Assembly: GCA_965116305.1 (NCBI GenBank)
Contig: OZ220673.1
Span: 2,403,362 to 2,467,361 of the forward strand
Origin: Dehalococcoidia bacterium
GTDB taxonomy: Bacteria; Chloroflexota; Dehalococcoidia; Lucifugimonadales; Australimonadaceae
DNA: 64,000 nt
Direction of reading: 5' to 3'
Shown: positions 25,624 through 34,287 of the stretch, one piece after another
Layout: the number at the start of each line of letters is the position of its first letter
Position numbering within the stretch: position 1 is the first letter of the stretch
Program-made: the position numbers and the translations under genes
Notes under the pieces: generated by a model
The model's input: only the letters and a program-made list of their open reading frames with translations
Database searches by the model: none
Told to the model about the DNA's origin: nothing

Positions 25624-27123
25624 TCACCACACGCCGAGGTGCGGGGGGAGGATGGTGGAGTCCGCGTCATCGCCGACGTCCGGGTCGTGCTCGTCTTCGT
25701 CGCGCGTAGGCGAGGGGACGGGGATGCCTGTGGGTGGTCGGGGGTGGAGCAGGAACGGCTCGTAGCCGGTCCAGATCTGCAGCGACGGCGGGGTCATGAA
25801 CGCGAGGGCGAGGGCGTCGGCGCGGTCCGGCGACCGCAGCTTCTTCTTGCGCAGCTCCCGCTTGCTCTCCATCACCACCTGGCCGGAGCTGGAGACGTCG
25901 TAGCGCAGCGAGAGGAGTTGAGCGGCGAGCTCCTCGTCGTCCGGCAGCGCGATGAGGCGGTCGTTGATGAGGCGGCGCAGCTCCCAGAAGATTTCGGAGC
26001 GGTGGTTTGCGAAGCGCGTGGGGTGCGGCGCCCTGCGTCCGAACTGCACGCCCTGGACGGGCGCACTCAGCTCGCGCAGGCGGTCGGCGACGCCCCCGCC
26101 GACGCCGCCCTCATCCACGAAGATCGCCTCCGCGCCGAGCTCGCGCGCCATGAGATTGGCCTCCCCCGCCAGGCGCATGGTGTCGATGCGCTCGAACGAC
26201 TTGAGCGCGACGACGCGCTGCCCACGGCGCGCGCAGAGCACCGACTTGTCGTCGCCGAACCGGCCGACGTCCACGCCGATGTAGACGGGCTGCCGGGCGT
26301 CGTCCTCCTCCGTGGGCGCGCCCTCGCCGGTGGGGGCGTCCTCGCGCATCGCGTCCTCGACGGCTGCGCGTCCGACGAGCGAGTCCTCCAGGGTGTCGGG
26401 GAACTGCGCGTAGACGGCGGCGATGAACTTGGGGTGGTCGAGACCCCAGTGCAGGGCCTTGTCGGCGATGTCCTCGGCAGTGATAAGGCCGGGCCGCGCG
26501 GGCTCCTCGCCGGTGAGGTTCGGCGTGTCGTAGGCGGAGATGCGGATGCGCTCGTAGTGGTCGCGCTTCCCGTGGTGAGACTCGTAGAACGTGCCGGAGG
26601 TGGAGAAAGCGTTGCCCGCCAGGAGCGTCTTCGACGCGTTGAGGCGGAGCGCGGCGTCGAAGTGAGACTCGCGGACCGCGTGCGCCTCGTCGACGATGAG
26701 CAGCAGTTCCGGCGAGTGGAAGCCGTGGATGTTGTCCGGGTTGTTCGTGGCGAAGCCGATGGCGAACCGGTCGGGCGAGATGAAGTACTTGCCCTTCGTC
26801 AGCTTGCCGCTGAGGGCGTCCCCGGCGGCGGCGCAGACGGCGGCCAGCTCTTGCCAGAGCACCTCGCACACCTGGCGGTTGGTGGATGAGAGGACGACGA
26901 CCTTCGCCTGCGCCCGCGTTTCGACCCACCAGAGGATGAGGCGGGCGAGCGCCCAGCCCTTGCCGCTCCCGTTAGCGCCCACGACGGACACGCGCCGGGA
27001 CCCTGCGACGGCGTTCAGCATGTCGCGCTGCTTCGAGTAGGGCTTGCCTGCCGCGCCGAGGACGTTCTCGACGAACCCTGCGGGGTCGTCCCGATACTGT
27101 GGATAGCGGACCTCGTTGCTCAT
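25624..27123 (-). CDS. phage terminase large-subunit-like ATPase/nuclease (orphan)
   Basis: The start is set at MSNEVRYPQY (ATG 27123, with GGAAGG 6 nt upstream) inside ORF 25624..27273. It has Walker A-like VVGANGSGKGW and Walker B LLLIVDEAH. The RNaseH-like nuclease half reads IGVDVGRFGDDKSV...FVDEGGVGGGVADRL...SPDRADALALAF. Confidence 0.8.
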   Translation of the reverse strand: MSNEVRYPQYRDDPAGFVENVLGAAGKPYSKQRDMLNAVAGSRRVSVVGANGSGKGWALARLILWWVETRAQAKVVVLSSTNRQVCEVLWQELAAVCAAAGDALSGKLTKGKYFISPDRFAIGFATNNPDNIHGFHSPELLLIVDEAHAVRESHFDAALRLNASKTLLAGNAFSTSGTFYESHHGKRDHYERIRISAYDTPNLTGEEPARPGLITAEDIADKALHWGLDHPKFIAAVYAQFPDTLEDSLVGRAAVEDAMREDAPTGEGAPTEEDDARQPVYIGVDVGRFGDDKSVLCARRGQRVVALKSFERIDTMRLAGEANLMARELGAEAIFVDEGGVGGGVADRLRELSAPVQGVQFGRRAPHPTRFANHRSEIFWELRRLINDRLIALPDDEELAAQLLSLRYDVSSSGQVVMESKRELRKKKLRSPDRADALALAFMTPPSLQIWTGYEPFLLHPRPPTGIPVPSPTRDEDEHDPDVGDDADSTILPPHLGVW

Positions 27124-27176
27124 GTCATGCCTTCCGTTCGCTGCCATTCCTTCGTGATGCTCCGTTCCTTCTTTAG

Positions 27177-27265
27177 CCCTCACCCCCAGCCCCTCTCCCA
27201 GGGGGCGAGGGGAGCCAGGCGAGGTTCCTGCTCTCCGCGCGCGCTGAAGCGCGGGAACGACGGGG
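27177..27265. repeat. intergenic repeat cluster 6 (CCCTCACCCCC, M2 variant, GC hairpin + M5 GGGAACGACGGGG)
   Basis: CCCTCACCCCCAGCCCCTCTCCCAGGGGGCGAGGGG...CGCGCGCGCTGAAGCGCGGGAACGACGGGG. Confidence 0.6.
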
Positions 27266-27275
27266 TTAACCAAAA

Positions 27276-27303
27276 GAGCCCCGGCCTCTGGAGGCCGGGG
27301 CTC
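27276..27303 (-). terminator. strong rho-independent terminator on the minus strand (12-bp stem GAGCCCCGGCCT/AGGCCGGGGCTC, then TTTTGG)
   Basis: Read directly from the sequence. The T-tract is present only in the minus-strand reading. It lies about 150 nt upstream of the terminase-like gene. Confidence 0.55.
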
Positions 27304-27360
27304 TTCCCCGATCCGTTCGCTCGCGCCGGCTGCGCCAGCCGGCTGCTATGTCTGCGTAAC

Positions 27361-27390
27361 ATGATAACCGGTGATGTGTTGCTTACGCAA
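27361..27390 (-). promoter_or_regulatory. candidate minus-strand promoter TTGCGT-N18-TATCAT
   Basis: The reverse complement of 27385-27390 is TTGCGT and of 27361-27366 is TATCAT. Together with the terminator at 27276-27303 it would define a transcript of about 85 nt. Confidence 0.3.
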
Positions 27391-27567
27391 CTATGGGGCG
27401 TCGCAGGTCGTACAGACTGCGTGGAGATGCGGTTAGGCGTGCTAGGGCGCGGGGCCGCTCCGCGCCTCAGCCGTTCACCTGTGCGTCACTACTGTAAGCC
27501 TCTCGCGGCTCAGGCAGGTGTCCATTGCGCGATGGCGTACAATGCAGGCTGAGGGTATCGTGGAGCA

Positions 27568-27819
27568 GTGAGCATGGAGTTGTACCAGTTGGACTATGTG
27601 TTGCACGAACCCTGCGAGGAGCAGGGGTGGTTCTATATGGCTGAGATACCCGAACTTCCCGGGTGCCGAGCCTGGGCGGAGACGCCTAAAGAGACTCTGG
27701 CTGAACTGTGCACGGTGGCTGAACATTTCATTCTCTCCTACCAGGACCGTGGTAAACCTCTGCCTGCACGGATAGCCAGGTTGCGGACAGGACAAGGCAG
27801 TATCTCCGTCGCTGTATGA
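27568..27819 (+). CDS. hicB: HicB-family antitoxin (UPF0150-type)
   Basis: 83 aa. ...EEQGWFYMAEIPELPGCRAWAETPKETLAELCTVAEHFI... It overlaps hicA by 4 nt and lies in a low-GC region. Confidence 0.8.
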   Translation: MSMELYQLDYVLHEPCEEQGWFYMAEIPELPGCRAWAETPKETLAELCTVAEHFILSYQDRGKPLPARIARLRTGQGSISVAV

Positions 27820-28025
27820 CGTACGGGGAGCTGACGAGGAAGCTCAGAAGGCTGGGTTGCGTCTTCGAGCGTCAGGCGGGAGGTTCGCACGAAATCTGGA
27901 TCAACCCGGCCAACAACCGGGAAACCACGGTCCCGAGGCATGGCAACAGAGACTTGGCCACAGGAACCATCCACGGGATCCGGAGAGACTTGGGTATCGC
28001 CAGGCAGGAGTTCGACCAAGCGTAA
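27816..28025 (+). CDS. hicA: HicA-family mRNA-interferase toxin
   Basis: 69 aa. MTYGELTRKLRRLGCVFERQAGGSHEIWINP...TVPRHGNRDLATGTIHGIRRDLGI. Confidence 0.85.
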   Translation: MTYGELTRKLRRLGCVFERQAGGSHEIWINPANNRETTVPRHGNRDLATGTIHGIRRDLGIARQEFDQA

Positions 28026-28220
28026 GGCCAGCGCACTCGAAGGTTCGCAGACCGAGCGCCAGGAGGGCCTCCGGGTCCTGCGCCCGCAAGCGCCTCTTTC
28101 GTCGCACACTCGAAGGAAAACGCAGCCCAGTGGCGTTGTGGGGACACATCTCCCTCCCTGTACAATGAAGATACGGTCATGGGTTGCCCCCTCGATGATC
28201 GAACGTTGAGGAGTATCCCT

Positions 28221-29066
28221 GTGCTCACGAACCTGTCCGCTTCTCTCCGCGCCGGCTTCCGCAGCGCCGCAGCCGTCACGCTCATCCTTCTCATGTTCGC
28301 GGCGTTCGCCGCAGCGTGCGGCTCGGACCCGACTCCCACTCCAACCCCTACCCCCCGGCCAACGCCGACTCCGACGCCGACGGCCACTCCAACGCCGGTC
28401 CCGCCGACGCCGACTCCCACGCCCGCGCCGGAACCAACCCCGGACGCCATGATGCCCGAACCGGAGGGGGGTTCAATCGAAGACCTCGTCATAACGGACA
28501 GCACCACCGTGGGCGACCTCATGGCTACGCTCTCCGAGAGCGAGGTCTCCTGCCTGCGCGACGCCGTGGGCGAAGCCACGTTGGATGCCGTTATGAACCT
28601 CCCCCTGGCGAGCGCTCCCGCGGGAGCCATGGAGGCCCTTCCGTTCGAATGTCTCGCACCGGAGAGCGCCATCGGCATCAGCATCGCAATGATGTCCGCG
28701 GCGGCCGGAGGGCTGAGCGCGGAGACGCGCGGCTGCATCAGCGCCCTCGCGATGGAGAACCCCAGCGTGCTTGGCATCGGTGGGCCTCCGGAAGACCCTA
28801 CGGAGCTCTTCGGCACCGCCATCCAGATGCAGCTCTGCATGACCGACGAGGAGGCCGCCCGCTTCGCGGCAGACAGCGGAGAAGCAATGCCGCCTCCCTC
28901 TGTCATGCGGTGCATGGAGGAGCAGCTCGGGAGTCTCGACGACCTGCTCGCCCTGTTCTTCGGGGGAGAGCCGGACCTGGCGGCGCTGGGTGAACTGATG
29001 GCAGCCGCCGAGACGTGCGGGCTCGAGATGACGCCGCCCGCAGGCGGGAGCGGGTTCGGCCAGTAG
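28221..29066 (+). CDS. lipoprotein with a Pro/Thr linker and a Cys-containing acidic domain, function unknown
   Basis: GTG 28221 is preferred (GAGGAG 7 nt upstream); the ORF track starts at 28179. The signal/lipobox is ...LILLMFAAFAAAC|GSD, followed by (PT)n and six spaced Cys residues. Confidence 0.6.
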   Translation: MLTNLSASLRAGFRSAAAVTLILLMFAAFAAACGSDPTPTPTPTPRPTPTPTPTATPTPVPPTPTPTPAPEPTPDAMMPEPEGGSIEDLVITDSTTVGDLMATLSESEVSCLRDAVGEATLDAVMNLPLASAPAGAMEALPFECLAPESAIGISIAMMSAAAGGLSAETRGCISALAMENPSVLGIGGPPEDPTELFGTAIQMQLCMTDEEAARFAADSGEAMPPPSVMRCMEEQLGSLDDLLALFFGGEPDLAALGELMAAAETCGLEMTPPAGGSGFGQ

Positions 29067-29179
29067 TCCCCGACCCGGCAGACATCCATTCGTTGCGAGC
29101 CGTCCTTGTGGGCGGCTCGCGGCATGTCCGCGCCCGACCGGTCCGGTCCGGCGCAGAGGGGCCGGCACGCTCCGAGGCT

Positions 29180-29208
29180 TTGACACTCCGCCTCTACGCT
29201 CATAGCAT
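29180..29208 (+). promoter_or_regulatory. candidate promoter TTGACA-N17-TAGCAT upstream of mtnA
   Basis: The hexamers are at 29180-29185 and 29203-29208, 28 nt before GTG 29236. The same hexamer pair occurs at the rpsL promoter candidate. Confidence 0.5.
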
Positions 29209-29235
29209 TGTTCAGTACGCCTGTGGACAGATCCT

Positions 29236-30315
29236 GTGAGCGACCTACCCACCATCACCGAGGAACTTCAACCCATCGTCTGGCAGGACGGACAGCTCCT
29301 CCTGCTCGACCAGACGGTGCTTCCCGCAAGCGAAGAGTGGGTGACGGTCCACGACGTGAACGGCGCCGTCGAGGCCATACGCAGCATGCGTGTGCGGGGG
29401 GCGCCCGCCATCGGCATCGCAGCCGCCTACGCCATGGCCATCGCCGCGCGCAGCATCGAAGCCTCCACCATGCCTGCGTTCCTCGGCGAGCTGGATGCCC
29501 AGGCGGAGCGGATCGCCGCCGCACGCCCCACCGCCGTCAACCTCGGCTGGGCCGTGCAGCGATGCCAGGGCGCCGCGCGTACGTGCAGCACCCCCGGCCA
29601 GGCTGCGGCACGCATCCTCGCTCTCGCACACGCCATGCGGGAGCAGGACATCGAGTCCAACAGGTCGATCGGACGCAACGGCGCGACGCTCATGCCGGAG
29701 TCCGGCGGCGTGCTCACCCACTGCAACACCGGCGCGCTCGCAACGGCCGGGTACGGCACCGCGCTCGGCGTCATCCGCGCGGCATGGGAGTCCGGCAAGC
29801 GGGTACGCGTCTTCCACACCGAGACGCGCCCCTGGCTGCAAGGCGCACGTCTGACCGCGTGGGAGTTCGCCCGGCTCGGCATACCGGCGACGCTTCTGGT
29901 GGACTCCGCTGCCGGCGCGCTCATGGCGTCCGGCCACGTTGCGGCTGTCGTCACCGGCGCCGACCGCATCGCCGCGAACGGGGATACGGCGAACAAGATC
30001 GGCACGTACAGCCTGGCTGCCCTGGCGGCTGCGAACGGCATCCCCTTCTACGTCGCCGCGCCCTCCTCCACGGTGGACCTGAACGTGCAGAGCGGTGCAG
30101 ACATCCCGGTGGAGGAGCGCCCCACCGTGGAGGTCACGTCGCTGGCGGGGCAGCGCATCGCGGCGGAAGGCGTGGAGGTGTGGAACCCGGTGTTCGACGT
30201 GACGCCCGCCGGACTCATCGCCGCGATCATCACGGAGCACGGGGTGCTGCGCCCACCGTACGAGGCAGGGCTACGCGAGCGGGAGGCGCAGCCGCAGGAG
30301 AAGACCCTTGCGTAG
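29236..30315 (+). CDS. mtnA: S-methyl-5-thioribose-1-phosphate isomerase
   Basis: 359 aa. ...MRVRGAPAIGIAAAYAM...HCNTGALATAGYGTALGVI...TGADRIAANGDTANKIGTY. Confidence 0.9.
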   Translation: MSDLPTITEELQPIVWQDGQLLLLDQTVLPASEEWVTVHDVNGAVEAIRSMRVRGAPAIGIAAAYAMAIAARSIEASTMPAFLGELDAQAERIAAARPTAVNLGWAVQRCQGAARTCSTPGQAAARILALAHAMREQDIESNRSIGRNGATLMPESGGVLTHCNTGALATAGYGTALGVIRAAWESGKRVRVFHTETRPWLQGARLTAWEFARLGIPATLLVDSAAGALMASGHVAAVVTGADRIAANGDTANKIGTYSLAALAAANGIPFYVAAPSSTVDLNVQSGADIPVEERPTVEVTSLAGQRIAAEGVEVWNPVFDVTPAGLIAAIITEHGVLRPPYEAGLREREAQPQEKTLA

Positions 30316-30486
30316 CCCGTCCACCCCGCCGCACTTGTGGTATGTCATTCCGAGCGAAGCGCTGGCTGCGCTCAACATGACAAGCCCCCCTTCCCACCGG
30401 CCCCACCGCGTGCGCTGCCCGCGCACCCTGGATTCCCGCCTGTGCGGGAATGACGGAAGAAGGCGGGAACGACGGAGTGGGGCGGC
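30316..30486. repeat. intergenic repeat cluster 7 (mini TIR element 30344-30381, M1 reverse 30410-30454, M5)
   Basis: GTCATTCCGAGCGAAGCGCTGGCTGCGCTCAACATGAC; GTGCGCTGCCCGCGCACCCTGGATTCCCGCCTGTGCGGGAATGAC; GGCGGGAACGACGG. Confidence 0.8.
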
Positions 30487-31362
30487 ATGACCGACCTGCC
30501 ACGCGCAACCATCGGTATCATCGGCGGCACCGGCCTGTACGACATCAGCATGGACAGCGTGCAGGAAGTAACGCTCTCCACGCCCTACGGAGAGCCCAGC
30601 GGCGCTATCACCATAGGCGAGATGGGGGGTGTTGCGGCCGCGTTCCTTCCACGGCACGGGGTGGGCCATCGCATATCTCCCACGGAACTGAACTCCCATG
30701 CCAACATCCACGCATTCAAGCAGCTGGGTGTCGAGCGTGTGGTCTCCGTGAGCGCCGTGGGCAGCCTGCAGGAGCAGATAGCGCCGCTGCACATGGTCGT
30801 GCCGGACCAGCTGATCGACCGCACGAGGTTGCGCGGGAACACCTTCTTCGGCGATGGTCTTATAGCGCACATCTCCTTCGCCGACCCGTTCTGCCCCGAC
30901 CTGAGCGCTCAGCTGGCGGACGCCGTCGAGGAAAGCGCCTCGGCGACCGTGCACCGGGGCGGAACGCTGGTGGTGATGGAAGGCCCCGCCTTCTCCACCC
31001 GGGCAGAGTCCGCTCTCTACCGCTCCTGGGGCGCGAGCATCATCGGCATGACGGCGCTGCCCGAGGCAAAGCTGGCCCGCGAGGCTGAGATGTGTTACGC
31101 AACGCTCGCGTGTGCGACCGACTACGACGTCTGGCACGACGAGTACGCAAGCGTGACGGTCGAGGTGGTGATACAGAACCTGCAGAGGAACGTTGCGGCG
31201 TCACGGGAGACGCTGGGGCGCCTCATCCCCCGGCTCGGGGGCGAGCGCACGTGCGGGTGCGGGGACGCCTTGCGCAACGCGATAGTCACACCTATCGGAC
31301 TTGCCCCACAGGAGACGCTGGAGCGACTCGGCCCCATCGTCTCCCGGTACACTAACCAGTGA
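30487..31362 (+). CDS. mtnP: S-methyl-5'-thioadenosine phosphorylase
   Basis: 291 aa. ...IGIIGGTGLYD...FLPRHG..H.ISPTELN..ANI.A.K.LGV...GMTALPEAKLAREAEMCYA. Confidence 0.9.
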   Translation: MTDLPRATIGIIGGTGLYDISMDSVQEVTLSTPYGEPSGAITIGEMGGVAAAFLPRHGVGHRISPTELNSHANIHAFKQLGVERVVSVSAVGSLQEQIAPLHMVVPDQLIDRTRLRGNTFFGDGLIAHISFADPFCPDLSAQLADAVEESASATVHRGGTLVVMEGPAFSTRAESALYRSWGASIIGMTALPEAKLAREAEMCYATLACATDYDVWHDEYASVTVEVVIQNLQRNVAASRETLGRLIPRLGGERTCGCGDALRNAIVTPIGLAPQETLERLGPIVSRYTNQ

Positions 31363-31374
31363 GGAGTTGACGAC

Positions 31375-31728
31375 ATGGCACGAGGACGACAGGACCCGGG
31401 CGAGCCGTACCGGCGGATATCCGTCGAGGAGGCCCACGAGATGCAACAGGAAGGCGCGCTCGTCGTAGACGTACGCCGCCCCGACGAATGGGTCGCGGGA
31501 CACGTCTCCGGCGCATTGCACATCCCCGTGGACGACTTCCTCGGAGAGGCGGAGGCGAAGCTTCCGAAGGACAACGACCTGCTTTTCATCTGCGCCGCAG
31601 GCGTCCGCAGCGGACTGGCGGCGGAGATGGCCGCAGCGCTCGGCTTCGAGTCCGAGCGCCTCTACAACATCGAGGAAGGCACGCCGACGTGGATCGCGGC
31701 GGACCTGCCTACCGACTACGGCGACTAG
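31375..31728 (+). CDS. single-domain rhodanese-like sulfurtransferase
   Basis: 117 aa. ...[24 protein letters not shown]...[15 protein letters not shown] contains the active-site loop CAAGVR. Confidence 0.8.
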   Translation: MARGRQDPGEPYRRISVEEAHEMQQEGALVVDVRRPDEWVAGHVSGALHIPVDDFLGEAEAKLPKDNDLLFICAAGVRSGLAAEMAAALGFESERLYNIEEGTPTWIAADLPTDYGD

Positions 31729-31742
31729 GAAGGGAGAGATTC

Positions 31743-33014
31743 TTGCAACCGGAAGGAAAACTCGGAGACGTCAAAGACCCGTCGCTGGCGGACGAAGGAG
31801 TCCGCCTCGTTGAATGGGCGGCGCGGGAGATGCCCGTGATACGCCTGATAAGGGAGCGCTTCGCCAGGGAGAAGCCCCTGGAGGGGCTCACCCTCGCAGC
31901 CTGCCTGCACGTAACCTCGGAGACCGCCAACCTCGCCCTCGCCCTGCAGGCCGGAGGCGCGGACGTGCGTCTCTGCGCGAGCAACCCGCTCTCCACGCAG
32001 GACCCCATCGCGGCCGCGCTCGCCGTCGCCTACGACATACCCACCTACTCCATCAAGGGCGAGGACAACGACACCTACTACCAGCACATAGCCTCCGTCG
32101 TGGACGCGAAGCCGCACATGACGATGGACGACGGCGCCGACCTCGTGGCCATGCTTCACACCCAGCGGCAGGCGCTCCTCGACGGCGTCATCGGGGGGAT
32201 GGAGGAGACCACCACCGGCGTCATCCGCCTGCGCAGCATGGCGAAGGCGGGCAAGCTCCGCTACCCCATCATCGCCGTCAACCAGGCCGACACCAAGCAC
32301 ATGTTCGACAACCGCTACGGCACCGGCCAGAGCACGCTGGACGGTATCACGCGCGCCACGAACCTGCTCTTCGCGGGGAAGAACGTGGTCGTGGCGGGCT
32401 ACGGCTGGTGCGGGCGAGGCATCGCCATGCGCGCCAGGGGCATGGGCGCACAGGTCATCGTTACCGAGATCGACCCGGTCCGGGCGCTCGAAGCGACGAT
32501 GGACGGCCACCAGCTGATGCGCATGGACGACGCCGCCCGCGCAGGAGACGTCTTCGTCACGGTGACCGGCGGCAAGCACGCCATCGACGCGCAGCACTTC
32601 CAGGTGATGAAGGACGAGGCCGTCATCGCCAACAGCGGCCACTTCAACGTGGAGATCAACATCGACGCGCTGGAAGACGCCGCCGTCGAGAAGAAGGAAG
32701 TGCGCCCTATGGTGCACCAGTACGTGATGGCGGACGGGCGCAAGATCAACCTGCTCGCGGAGGGCAGGCTGGTCAACCTCTCCGCCGCGGAAGGACACCC
32801 GTCCGCGGTCATGGACATGAGCTTCGCCAACCAGGCGCTCAGCGCCGAGTACATGGCGAAGAACGCCGCCAACCTCCCCATAGACGTCTACGACGTTCCC
32901 CTGGAGCTCGACCAGCAGGTCGCCTCGCTCAAACTGGAAGCGATGGGCCTCTCGATGGACACGCTCTCGGAGGAACAGGCCGCCTACCTGGCGGGATGGG
33001 AAGCGGGCACGTAG
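31743..33014 (+). CDS. ahcY: adenosylhomocysteinase
   Basis: The start is set at TTG 31743 (AGGGAG upstream) inside ORF 31488..33014. ...[20 protein letters not shown]...[12 protein letters not shown]...[20 protein letters not shown]...GHFNVEI. Confidence 0.9.
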   Translation: MQPEGKLGDVKDPSLADEGVRLVEWAAREMPVIRLIRERFAREKPLEGLTLAACLHVTSETANLALALQAGGADVRLCASNPLSTQDPIAAALAVAYDIPTYSIKGEDNDTYYQHIASVVDAKPHMTMDDGADLVAMLHTQRQALLDGVIGGMEETTTGVIRLRSMAKAGKLRYPIIAVNQADTKHMFDNRYGTGQSTLDGITRATNLLFAGKNVVVAGYGWCGRGIAMRARGMGAQVIVTEIDPVRALEATMDGHQLMRMDDAARAGDVFVTVTGGKHAIDAQHFQVMKDEAVIANSGHFNVEINIDALEDAAVEKKEVRPMVHQYVMADGRKINLLAEGRLVNLSAAEGHPSAVMDMSFANQALSAEYMAKNAANLPIDVYDVPLELDQQVASLKLEAMGLSMDTLSEEQAAYLAGWEAGT

Positions 33015-33057
33015 CCCGCAGGCAAACGTAACTCAGGAAGTTCGGAGGACCCACGGA

Positions 33058-34287
33058 ATGACACAGACCGGAACGACGTTCGAGACCTCGCCCTCTTACC
33101 TGCTGACCTCGGAATCCGTTACCGAGGGACATCCCGACAAGCTGTGCGATCAGGTGTCCGACGCCATCCTCGACGCTATCTATGCGCAGGACCCGATGGC
33201 GCGCGTCGCCTGTGAAACGGCCACCGGCACGAACATCGTCATGGTGGTCGGCGAGATCACCACGACCGCCAAGGTGGACTACGAGGCCATCGTCCGCGAC
33301 ACCGTCAGGCGCATCGGCTACGACGACCAGGAGATCGGCATCGACTACAAGACCTGCGAGGTCATCGTGCGGCTGCACGAGCAGTCGCCCGACATCAAGG
33401 CCGGAGTGGACACGGCGCTCGAAGAGCGCGGCAAGGACGGCGCGACCGACGAGCTGAACCTCGGCGCGGGCGACCAGGGCATGATGGTCGGCTTCGCCTG
33501 CAGCGAGACCGCCGAGTTCATGCCGCTCACCATCTCACTCGCCCACAAGCTCACCCGACGCCTCTCCATCGCCCGACGGGAGGGCGTCATCCCCTACCTG
33601 AAGCCGGACGGCAAGTCGCAGGTCACCGTGGAGTACGCCCACGGCAAACCGAAGCGCATCGCGGCCATCGTGGTCAGCACACAGCACAGCGCCGACGTGA
33701 CCAACGAGGAGATAGAGCGGGACGTGCGGGAGCACATCATCGGCGCGGAAGTCCCCGCGGACCTCATGGACGACGACACGCGCATCTACGTGAACCCGTC
33801 CGGGCGTTTCGTCGTCGGCGGCCCGCACGGCGACTCCGGCCTCACCGGACGCAAGATCATCGTCGACACGTACGGAGGCGTCGCGCGCCACGGCGGCGGG
33901 GCGTTCTCCGGCAAGGACCCCACAAAGGTGGACCGCTCGGCGACGTACGCGGCGCGATGGGTCGCGAAGAACGTCGTCGCGGCCGGTCTCGCCGACCGCT
34001 GCGAAGTGCAGGTCTCCTACGCCATCGGCGTCGCGGAGCCCACCAGCCTCGCGGTCGAGACGTTCGGCACGAACAAGGTGGAGACCGCGCTCATCACCGA
34101 ACTGGTGAAGAAGCACTTCGACCTGCGCCCGCGCGCCATCATCCGCGACCTCGAGCTCAGGAGGCCGATCTACGCTCAGACCGCCTCCTACGGCCATTTC
34201 GGGCGTATGGACGTCGACCTGCCGTGGGAGCGCACGGACAAGGCGGAGGCCCTGCGCGCCGACGCGAAGCCGGGAGCCGCCCGGTGA
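33058..34287 (+). CDS. metK: S-adenosylmethionine synthetase
   Basis: 409 aa. ...[23 protein letters not shown]...[12 protein letters not shown]...[16 protein letters not shown]. Confidence 0.95.
   Translation: MTQTGTTFETSPSYLLTSESVTEGHPDKLCDQVSDAILDAIYAQDPMARVACETATGTNIVMVVGEITTTAKVDYEAIVRDTVRRIGYDDQEIGIDYKTCEVIVRLHEQSPDIKAGVDTALEERGKDGATDELNLGAGDQGMMVGFACSETAEFMPLTISLAHKLTRRLSIARREGVIPYLKPDGKSQVTVEYAHGKPKRIAAIVVSTQHSADVTNEEIERDVREHIIGAEVPADLMDDDTRIYVNPSGRFVVGGPHGDSGLTGRKIIVDTYGGVARHGGGAFSGKDPTKVDRSATYAARWVAKNVVAAGLADRCEVQVSYAIGVAEPTSLAVETFGTNKVETALITELVKKHFDLRPRAIIRDLELRRPIYAQTASYGHFGRMDVDLPWERTDKAEALRADAKPGAAR

Noticed and set aside
25609-26889. 426-aa plus-strand ORF.
   Set aside because: It is antisense to the terminase-like gene, whose Walker and nuclease motifs identify the real frame.
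25398-28025. Calling the region a prophage.
   Set aside because: Only one phage-like gene (terL-like) is present. There are no integrase, portal, capsid, tail or lysis genes in the vicinity.
27872-29203. 443-aa minus-strand ORF containing a GVGVGVG run.
   Set aside because: It is the antisense reading of the lipoprotein Pro/Thr linker. The plus-strand gene has a signal peptide with a lipobox and a good SD.
31729-31742. SAH or SAM riboswitch in front of ahcY, metK or mtnA.
   Set aside because: The spacers are only 14-43 nt, and the mtnA leader is about 20 nt. None can hold a riboswitch, and no conserved SAM/SAH core sequences were seen.
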